From a virus (Duplodnaviria > Caudoviricetes), in IMG/VR virus record IMGVR_UViG_3300028844_006088, positions 1 to 25,518 of that record: 25,518 bases of DNA. One strand, given 5' to 3'. This document shows positions 1 through 7,042 of this stretch, one piece after another; the first letter of the stretch is position 1; each line of letters opens with the position of its first letter. The translations under genes were made by a program, and so were the position numbers. The notes below the pieces were generated by a model that worked only from the letters and a program-made list of their open reading frames with translations, was not told the DNA's origin and made no database searches.

Positions 1-1815
1 TGGTGTTCTTCCTGTATGTGAATAAGATGTGCCAGTGACTACCGGTGAAATCGCACTGAAGGATGAATTGTCTGTGCTAAAGTAAACTGTATAGTTATCC
101 GTATTGGCACTTGCTGACCAGCTAAGGTCAATTTGTGTTGTTGAAACGGTAGTTGCAGATAAGTTCGAAACGGGAGTACTTGGTGGTTCATTACCGGAAT
201 CCACCACTGTTGCTATTGTTTGTGCGGCAGCACCATTGTAAAAACTATCAGCGGAACTACCAGTCAAAGTAATTGTTACAGTTTGATTACCATCAGTTGC
301 ATTATCTTCAACTGCTGTTAGATTGATCGTTTGTGCTGTGCTGTAATTACCAGAACTAAAAACAAGTGTGGTAGGTGAAGCTAGAATCTCACTACTATCA
401 TTATCGGTAATTGTGACTGTCACATTTGCTGTGGGTTCTGTATCAAGTTCAACATCAAAACTATCACCTGCTCCTGATTCAGTGACCGTGTTGTTTGTTG
501 AAATGGTAAAACTGAATCCCGCAATGTCATCATTTGTGATCGTAATTGTCTCTTGTTGAGTACCACTTTCAGTGGCGCTATCACCACCAGACACACCAGT
601 TATATCAAGAATGATTGTTTCATTGTTTTCTTGAACACGGTCACCAACAATATCAACTGAAGTTGTACCTGTTGTTGAGCCAGCAGTAATTGTAATTGTG
701 CTGCTATTGAGTGTATAATCATTACCACTACCTGTTGCTGTACCTGTAGCAGTAAGTGTGACGGTCGTGTTCGTGGTTGCTGTGGCACTTTGTGTTGCTG
801 TGATGGTGCGATTTGTCGTACCTGAGTTACCTTCAGAAACAGATGTAGTTGCGGTGAGAGTAACAGTTGGAGCGCCTAGAGTGGTTGCGTTTGCCGTGTT
901 TGATTGACCACTCACTCCATAAGCATTGTTTGAGATCAGATAATAATAGTAAGTTGTTGCTGCGGTTCGTCCTGTGTGTGAGTAGGTAGTTCCTGTGACT
1001 ACTGGTGAGATTGCGCTAAAGGATATATTGTCTGTGCTGAAATAGATCGTATAGTTATCTGTATTTGCGGTTGCCGTCCAACTGAGGTCAACTTGATTTG
1101 AATAGGGAGCAGTAGCTGACAAATTCGAAACAGCAGAGGGTGGATCATTACCTGAATCAACTACAGTGACAGGTGTTGTATCTGATAGGCCATTATAATT
1201 GCTATCGGTAGAACTTGTAGTGACTGTGAGAGTTTCATTTTGATTGTTGTCTGTTACATTATCTTCAATAGCGGTCAGAGTGATTGTCTGTGATGAACTA
1301 TAATTACCAGAACCAAAAACGATTGTGCTTGGTGAAAGAGTAAACTCTCCCGTATCTGAAGAAGTCAATGAAAGAGTTACATCATTGGTTGGAGGTGTGT
1401 CTAATACAATTGAAAGTGTATCACCAGCACCAGATTCTGTGACAGAGTTAGAACCACCTGTAAGTGTAAAAGTGAGTCCAGGTGTTTGATTTGAGTCGAC
1501 TACTGTGACAGGAGTTGTATCTGTCACGCCATGATAAATGGTATCGTTTGAAGTTGCTACAAGTGTGATGGTGACTGATTGATTTGAATCAGCAGCATAA
1601 TCTTCAATTGGTGTGAGACTAACAGTTTGTGCTGAATTGTAGTTGCCCGGAGTAAAAGTAAGAATCGATGGAGAGACTGTGACTTCTCCTGTATCACCAG
1701 AAGAAACAGCAATCGTGACATTATCTGTAGGAGCAGCATCCAATACAACAGTGAAGTTGTCGCCAGCACCCGATTCAGTAACAGAATTGGAACCGCCTGT
1801 GAGGGCGATTGTCAT
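1..1815 (-). repeat. Intragenic domain repeats, order A-A-FN3-Calx-A-FN3
   Basis: Unit A (TESGAGD...VVDS) at about 1815-1490, 1475-1150 and 520-195. FN3 copies at about 1145-880 and 185-1 show visible nucleotide similarity (e.g. atagttatc and ccggtga/ctggtga blocks). Boundaries are approximate. Confidence 0.8.
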
Positions 1816-1989
1816 TGTTCCAGAACCAGGACCTCCGCCACCAGAACCATCATCTTCTTCATCTGGTGGGAAATCTATGTCATAAATTATGGTGCCTTCA
1901 CAAATATCACCAACACAAATATTATCACAGCCTGAAAAGGTGAATGATATGACTGATAAAAAGAACAAATAAAATATACACCGAATCAT
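1..1989 (-). CDS. Large repeat lipoprotein with Calx-beta-like and fibronectin type III domains (3' end runs off the window; not in ORF track)
   Basis: Manual translation from ATG at 1989 gives MIRCIFYLFFLSVISFTFSGC (lipobox-like FSGC), an acidic/Gly linker, repeated TESGAGD...GNYSSAQT...IED...VTVVDS units, FN3-type segments (VSNLSAT..VDLSW..Y.IY...TYSHTG...YYY) and a Calx-beta-like segment (SVSEGNSG...GTATGSGNDY...GDRVQENNET...TITNDD). No stop was seen before the window edge. Confidence 0.85.
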   Translation of the reverse strand, partial: MIRCIFYLFFLSVISFTFSGCDNICVGDICEGTIIYDIDFPPDEEDDGSGGGGPGSGTMTIALTGGSNSVTESGAGDNFTVVLDAAPTDNVTIAVSSGDTGEVTVSPSILTFTPGNYNSAQTVSLTPIEDYAADSNQSVTITLVATSNDTIYHGVTDTTPVTVVDSNQTPGLTFTLTGGSNSVTESGAGDTLSIVLDTPPTNDVTLSLTSSDTGEFTLSPSTIVFGSGNYSSSQTITLTAIEDNVTDNNQNETLTVTTSSTDSNYNGLSDTTPVTVVDSGNDPPSAVSNLSATAPYSNQVDLSWTATANTDNYTIYFSTDNISFSAISPVVTGTTYSHTGRTAATTYYYYLISNNAYGVSGQSNTANATTLGAPTVTLTATTSVSEGNSGTTNRTITATQSATATTNTTVTLTATGTATGSGNDYTLNSSTITITAGSTTGTTSVDIVGDRVQENNETIILDITGVSGGDSATESGTQQETITITNDDIAGFSFTISTNNTVTESGAGDSFDVELDTEPTANVTVTITDNDSSEILASPTTLVFSSGNYSTAQTINLTAVEDNATDGNQTVTITLTGSSADSFYNGAAAQTIATVVDSGNEPPSTPVSNLSATTVSTTQIDLSWSASANTDNYTVYFSTDNSSFSAISPVVTGTSYSHTGRTP

Positions 1990-2003
1990 GACACCGTTTT
2001 TGA

Positions 2004-2489
2004 TTAAGATCCTCCAGCTGCACAATAATCAGCAATCAATCGTATTACAACATCTCTTGAACGTTGATTATCAATCACTATGTCGCCCAGTAACATTCCA
2101 CGAAACTTTTTACCTCTGGCAGAAATACTTTCAGCTTCGCTCATTTTTTTAGCAAAATCAATCCATATGATTTCACGGAAATTTCCAACACCTAAAATTT
2201 CTTTTGTACACTGTCGAATATATGACATACTTACTAAAGGTTCCATTCTCACTACAATTTTATCATGATAAAACCCTGACATCATTGCATTTTTACGACT
2301 TTCATCTAAAATATAAAATGAACAAACAGGATAAACTAAACATATTTCAAATTTAAGTTTAGGTAATTCAATTCGTAGATGAGAACTCGCTTGTATATTT
2401 GATGGTGTAAAACTAAGGCTACTTAGTATTGCGAGAATGATCGTAATTTTGTTGAATCTGAATTTTTCGATCATATGCGGTTTGTTCAT
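2004..2489 (-). CDS. Exported protein, probable inactive thermonuclease (SNase)-fold paralog
   Basis: N-terminal hydrophobic stretch ending in NIQA. Collinear similarity by eye to the 3223-3681 product, but without DGDT and DxPE. Confidence 0.55.
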   Translation of the reverse strand: MNKPHMIEKFRFNKITIILAILSSLSFTPSNIQASSHLRIELPKLKFEICLVYPVCSFYILDESRKNAMMSGFYHDKIVVRMEPLVSMSYIRQCTKEILGVGNFREIIWIDFAKKMSEAESISARGKKFRGMLLGDIVIDNQRSRDVVIRLIADYCAAGGS

Positions 2490-2546
2490 CCTTTGCGTCT
2501 GTGATAAAAATTATGGCTGCGATAAAAATAAGAATAGCTAACATTA

Positions 2547-3251
2547 TCAGCACTTTACATATTGTGTGTCGACGCAGGATTGACCCGAGAATTGAAATCC
2601 AACAAAGAATACTGTTGAATTATATTGAGTTAAATATCCAACATCTTCATCGAAATCAAGCTTGACTTTATTCTGCATGTTCATTCGATGCCAACCAAAG
2701 GCAATATTTTCATCATATTCGTAAATTGTTAGCAAACCGATACCATACAGCAAGTCAATTCCATATCCTCTTGGATATTCTCTGGTTGAACCATTTGCTC
2801 CGGTATAATCTTTTGTGAATGAAGCAAGTCCTAAGCCGCCAAAAATATCTGCTGAAACAGAAAATTTGTGATTTTCAAATGGCTTGTATCCTCTACCATA
2901 TCCAATATGATAAACAAAAGGATGTAGAAGTGTTAGATTATTGCTATGCCGACTACCATCTGTTCCATCAAATGAGTTGACAAAATCAGTCTTCATGGTA
3001 GACATGCCTCTTGTTCGACTGAATTGGCTTCGTTTGGTATCTAATTGATAATCCCACATTGCTTCGAAGGAAAGCCCTTTGACACCTTCATCAATACCAT
3101 AATCAACTTCTTCATATTTACCAGTTGCTTCTCCCCAACCAAACCAGGCTCTTTTTTCCATGGAAACGTCTTTTGGTCTTAATGTCCCTGATAAACATCC
3201 ATTGAGAAACAGAACTAAAAGACTAAGAACACCAATCGATATTTTCTTCAT
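2547..3251 (-). CDS. Lipoprotein with outer-membrane beta-barrel-like sequence
   Basis: Likely start MKKISIGVLSLLVLFLNGC (lipobox-like LNGC). Alternating aromatic/Gly strands (YHIGYGRGY, DIFGGLGLASF, LLYGIGLLTIYEY, VFFVGFQF). Confidence 0.6.
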   Translation of the reverse strand: MKKISIGVLSLLVLFLNGCLSGTLRPKDVSMEKRAWFGWGEATGKYEEVDYGIDEGVKGLSFEAMWDYQLDTKRSQFSRTRGMSTMKTDFVNSFDGTDGSRHSNNLTLLHPFVYHIGYGRGYKPFENHKFSVSADIFGGLGLASFTKDYTGANGSTREYPRGYGIDLLYGIGLLTIYEYDENIAFGWHRMNMQNKVKLDFDEDVGYLTQYNSTVFFVGFQFSGQSCVDTQYVKC

Positions 3252-3681
3252 ATGGTTTACCCAATCCCTTTTCAATCATTAATTCAGCAACATTTACATC
3301 ATCCACATAAATGTCTGCGACAATGCGAAAATATTTACCACGATCTAAATTGTGAAGTTCAATTCTTTTACCATTATTTAGAATTGAACGAATAAAATCT
3401 CTTGCTTTATAAGCCATTTCTTTTTCAGCTGGACATTTACCACGAATTTCTGGTGTATCAATTCCACGAAGCCTCACTGGCATTTTATATCCAAAAATGT
3501 CTGGAACATTGTTTATATTAAATCGACAAGTATCTCCATCATAACAATTCACGTATTCAACATATCGAAAATATTCACGATAAGGAGGAATATCTTTTTT
3601 TGTTTGAGCAAATGATTGTGGAACAGGATGAGCACATTGAGCAACAAGTATTATAAAGAATAAAAACATTATCTTACGCAT
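3223..3681 (-). CDS. Exported thermonuclease (staphylococcal nuclease family), possible lipoprotein
   Basis: Motifs YDGDT, VRLRGIDTPE, KYFRIVADIYVD and LMIEKGLGKPY. N-terminus MRKIMFLFFIILVAQC, with GGAG 6 nt before the ATG at 3681. Confidence 0.9.
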   Translation of the reverse strand: MRKIMFLFFIILVAQCAHPVPQSFAQTKKDIPPYREYFRYVEYVNCYDGDTCRFNINNVPDIFGYKMPVRLRGIDTPEIRGKCPAEKEMAYKARDFIRSILNNGKRIELHNLDRGKYFRIVADIYVDDVNVAELMIEKGLGKPYEENIDWCS

Positions 3682-3949
3682 TTTCATCTCCTCTCTCAAC
3701 TTTAATCTTTGATGTAAATTTCAATGGTGATTTCACAACAGCAATCGCATTCGAATGTCTTGCTTTCAGCACAATTCTTTCACCGTTCACATCAATCAGT
3801 TGTGATTTCGATTGCGGGCATGTTTTACGACAAAACTCTCTCGCCTCTTCCATAGCGTTTTCATAAGATGAATACATCCATGATTCAACTTCTTCACCAG
3901 ATGTGTTATAGTATTCAACACACCAAGCATTATTTTCTGTTAGATCCAT
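3674..3949 (-). CDS. Hypothetical phage protein
   Basis: ORF tiles between its neighbours with short overlaps; start could be 3949 or 3955. Confidence 0.65.
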   Translation of the reverse strand: MDLTENNAWCVEYYNTSGEEVESWMYSSYENAMEEAREFCRKTCPQSKSQLIDVNGERIVLKARHSNAIAVVKSPLKFTSKIKVERGDENA

Positions 3950-5321
3950 TTTCATTTTCCTTTTTTTCACTCATTTGATTAAATAGGCGGTAGAGTTTAG
4001 TGTGATATTTATTCTTTTCTTTTTCAGGATCTGTTGCGACATCAAGGGCATAGAGTAATTCACCGAAAATTCTTTTGAACATATCAAACTTTTTCTCATA
4101 ATCTTCTCCACCGAAATAACGAATTTCAATACGCTCTGCCTTTCCTCTCTTCTTTGATTGATTTGAAAAACTAAAATGTGATAAATTGACTGTTTGCCAT
4201 TTACCACCAATCGATGAACGAAGTGCGAATAGCAAATCATTCTTACCAAATTTCATATTCTTTTCAACCATTTGACCAAGTAAATCTTTGTCTGCTGTTT
4301 GTTGTTTGTCTTTTAGATATCCACGAATTTTTTTGAGAGAACTCTTGACATACTCGGCATGTTTACGGTCTGAAAAGAGTTTATTCGATTGTGATTGACT
4401 TTCATTTGAAAATAAAATAAACTTGAGAGCATCAAAGTTTTTCATTCGTTCTGGTGTAAATGAAATATTGATATGTAATCCACACTGAGCATCTCGTTTA
4501 TTTTTATCTTTTTGTCCAGTAGTTTCAGAATGATGTGACTTTGTGTTGCCATTTTTCTTGATGTAATCAAACATACCTCTTGTCACTTCAATTGCTTGAG
4601 AGGTATTCATAACTGGTGAAATAAATTCAATACCACCTAAGGTCGCAAGAACAGAAAGGTCTGTGCCAATCGTCCATCGAGATGGATCAGAGGTGTCACC
4701 TGTTGTGATTTTAGGAGTTTTTACAAAAGATGGGCGATTACTTTCTTGACTATAATACTTTTTGATTTCCGCATTTGGTGTTTCAGTATTGGCAGTATCC
4801 ATAATCAACATCAAAAATTGTAGAAGTTTTTTACTGTCATTATTATATGTCTTGAAGATTTCTTTTTTATAGTCACCTTCTGCCATATCTTTCGAAGATT
4901 TTTCTAATGATGAATTGACGTAGCGATAAGTTAGGTCAGCTAATTCTCTTTTGTTGATTCCGTTTTTTGAAAAAAAGGAATAAAGATCCTTCGAATCTTG
5001 TCCCTCAAAGTCTCCAAGAATTTGATCAACTGAGACAATTTTCTTTTTTTGACTGGCTTTGCTGACATAATCCCCCGCATTCAGTCTTTTTGATTTGTTT
5101 TCTTTAACAATCTTCTTATTTTTTTCTTTGACTTCGTTGATTACATCCACATAACGACCAAGAATTAGAACATCAGTAGCACTTGGTCTGTTTGTTGCTT
5201 CCAAGAACTTTTCATTATAAAATTCAAACTCAAGACCTACTTTGAAATCTTCATTTGAAAACAGTGATTTGATTTCTTTTTGTTTTACATCTTCGACAAA
5301 GTATGAGTTAAAGCCAAGCAT
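3930..5321 (-). CDS. Putative amidoligase (Amidoligase_2 / COOH-NH2 ligase family)
   Basis: Ordered motifs GLEFEF, DLS, GIEFISP, CGLHINIS, K..TVNL and IEIRYFGG. Confidence 0.8.
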   Translation of the reverse strand: MLGFNSYFVEDVKQKEIKSLFSNEDFKVGLEFEFYNEKFLEATNRPSATDVLILGRYVDVINEVKEKNKKIVKENKSKRLNAGDYVSKASQKKKIVSVDQILGDFEGQDSKDLYSFFSKNGINKRELADLTYRYVNSSLEKSSKDMAEGDYKKEIFKTYNNDSKKLLQFLMLIMDTANTETPNAEIKKYYSQESNRPSFVKTPKITTGDTSDPSRWTIGTDLSVLATLGGIEFISPVMNTSQAIEVTRGMFDYIKKNGNTKSHHSETTGQKDKNKRDAQCGLHINISFTPERMKNFDALKFILFSNESQSQSNKLFSDRKHAEYVKSSLKKIRGYLKDKQQTADKDLLGQMVEKNMKFGKNDLLFALRSSIGGKWQTVNLSHFSFSNQSKKRGKAERIEIRYFGGEDYEKKFDMFKRIFGELLYALDVATDPEKEKNKYHTKLYRLFNQMSEKKENENGSNRK

Positions 5322-5322
5322 A

Positions 5323-5736
5323 TTAGTTTATATATTGAGATAAAGGTTCTGCGATATATTTTTCTTTAGTATATTGATCAATTGCTTCTTGTCCAAAAAG
5401 AAGTCTTTCAAGTTCTCCCTGTTTATTTCTCATTTCAACAAAGCTTGAAATCAAGTCAACTTTTTGTTCTTCAATAAACTTTTTTGTGAGGACTGCTGAT
5501 GTTAGAGAATCGCAACTAAACATGTTGAAATATAATCCAATTCCACCTTCTAAGTATAATTCAACAAGAATTTGTAAGTTGCGAAACATAGCCAAACGAG
5601 CAATGATTTTATTTTCATATTCAAATACATTTTCAGGCTTATAAGTTTTTTCAACACCTTCAATATGTAATTTGTTTTCTTTACAGTAAGCAACAAACTT
5701 TTGAATTTTTAAATCAATCTCTTGCTCTTGTGTCAT
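5323..5736 (-). CDS. Hypothetical protein
   Basis: ATG at 5736 (MTQEQEID) directly follows GAGGAG. The longer 5772 start lies inside a terminator hairpin. Confidence 0.7.
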   Translation of the reverse strand: MTQEQEIDLKIQKFVAYCKENKLHIEGVEKTYKPENVFEYENKIIARLAMFRNLQILVELYLEGGIGLYFNMFSCDSLTSAVLTKKFIEEQKVDLISSFVEMRNKQGELERLLFGQEAIDQYTKEKYIAEPLSQYIN

Positions 5737-5746
5737 TCTCCTCTTT

Positions 5747-5782
5747 AAAATAAAAATAGGGAGCATATTCACATACGCTCCC
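5747..5782 (-). terminator. Intrinsic terminator after phoH
   Basis: Minus strand reads GGGAGCGTAT-GTGA-ATATGCTCCC (10 bp stem with one G-U, GNRA loop), then TATTTTTATTTT. Confidence 0.8.
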
Positions 5783-5810
5783 TGTTATAAGTATGTGCAT
5801 TATATTTATG

Positions 5811-6608
5811 TTAATTCACAGAGGCTTCCTCTATTTGGTATTCTCTACCGTTGATGAGTGCGCCATTAACAGAAGTTCGTTCAATTTTATGACCAGAATA
5901 TATTTGTCTTTCCTTCCTTTCTTTATGATAGGCATTCATTGCGATAATATAGTCTTTGATGAAATCGTTTCGCACGATATCTTTTTCTTGAAAACTGACA
6001 ATTTTGAACCCTGAAACTCGTTTAGCAATTTCATAAAACTCACGAAGACCACTTTCTCGGTCGTCTAAGTCTGTTTGCATAAAATCACCAGCAAGGACAA
6101 GGCCTGTATTCTTACCAATTCTTGTGACAACTGTATGAAGTTCTACAGATGAAAGGTTTTGAATCTCATCAACAAAAATGATTGTGTTATCAATTGTTGT
6201 TCCTCGTAGGAAGGAAGTTGAACAAAATTCGACTAAACCTTTTTTCTCAAGAATTTCCCAAGCATCACCTCTTTTAAAAAGTTCATTCACAATTGACTGA
6301 TAAGGTCTCTTGTAAACAGCAATCTTTTCTTCTTCTGATCCTGGAAGATATCCAATATCTCTTGAGGGCACACAAGAACGGCAGATTAAAACTTTGTGAT
6401 AAGGTGATTGCGGGTCAAACACCGCTTCTAAACCTAAGTAAGTGGATATAAAACTCTTGCCTGTTCCGGCTGATCCCATAAGTATCATGTTAAAGCCGTC
6501 ATACCAAGCATCAAATGTTTGGTTTTGTGCATGAGTCATTGGTTCAATCTCTTTCATACTCAAAGAGATTTGTTCAGATCTAGAAACTTGTGCTTTTTTT
6601 CTTGACAT
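5811..6608 (-). CDS. phoH: PhoH family ATPase
   Basis: GSAGTGKSF, IGYLPGSEEEK, SFLRGTT, VDEIQN, TRIG, GDFMQTDL and DIVR motifs. Confidence 0.95.
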   Translation of the reverse strand: MSRKKAQVSRSEQISLSMKEIEPMTHAQNQTFDAWYDGFNMILMGSAGTGKSFISTYLGLEAVFDPQSPYHKVLICRSCVPSRDIGYLPGSEEEKIAVYKRPYQSIVNELFKRGDAWEILEKKGLVEFCSTSFLRGTTIDNTIIFVDEIQNLSSVELHTVVTRIGKNTGLVLAGDFMQTDLDDRESGLREFYEIAKRVSGFKIVSFQEKDIVRNDFIKDYIIAMNAYHKERKERQIYSGHKIERTSVNGALINGREYQIEEASVN

Positions 6609-6635
6609 GGTAACTCCTGTAAATGAAATAGGAAT

Positions 6636-6676
6636 TACTCAGGCCATCTTTCACTCAGGAGCGATGACCTGAGTGA
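6636..6676 (-). promoter_or_regulatory. Structured leader upstream of phoH with two alternative hairpins
   Basis: mRNA segment TCACTCAGGTCATC can pair with either CCTGAGTGA or GATGGCCTGAGTAA. Confidence 0.5.
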
Positions 6677-6718
6677 CAGTTACTTTTGTTTTTGGATCGG
6701 ATACCTCCATGAATTCTG

Positions 6719-6976
6719 CTAAAGATCCATACCACCTAATTGATTGCCATGATAGTTCTTTTTGATCTCACGCAATTTATCTCGAAAGCCTTCCGAAGGT
6801 TTCTTGCCAGTAAGAGCAAAATTGTCGTATCCTATCCGAGGAGAAGCAACATCGAGTGTCAGCTTACAATCAGACCTATCGCAATCTTCGTTTTCAGGTG
6901 TGTGTCTTTTAGCTATGGTTGTATGAATCTCAAAATTTTTGCCGCACTTAGCGCATGAATATTCATAAAAGGGCAT
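6719..6976 (-). CDS. FmdB-family zinc ribbon protein
   Basis: MPFYEYSCAKCG...C....C and GFRDKLREIKK. This family is commonly next to phoH in T4-like phages. Confidence 0.85.
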   Translation of the reverse strand: MPFYEYSCAKCGKNFEIHTTIAKRHTPENEDCDRSDCKLTLDVASPRIGYDNFALTGKKPSEGFRDKLREIKKNYHGNQLGGMDL

Positions 6977-6996
6977 ATAATCTCCATCTAAAATAT

Positions 6997-7004
6997 TATA
7001 AATA
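6997..7004 (+). promoter_or_regulatory. T4-type late promoter
   Basis: Exact TATAAATA, ending 38 nt upstream of the ATG at 7043. Confidence 0.75.
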
Positions 7005-7042
7005 AAATCAAGTTCACAACATTATTTATCAAAAAAGAGAAA

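Noticed and set aside
368-1885. Four short track ORFs (368-559, 600-788, 1557-1769, 1643-1885)
   Set aside because: Antisense or off-frame shadows of the large lipoprotein gene.
6609-6718. Pho box upstream of phoH
   Set aside because: Only a single CTGTCAC half-site is seen, with no second copy at 11 bp spacing.
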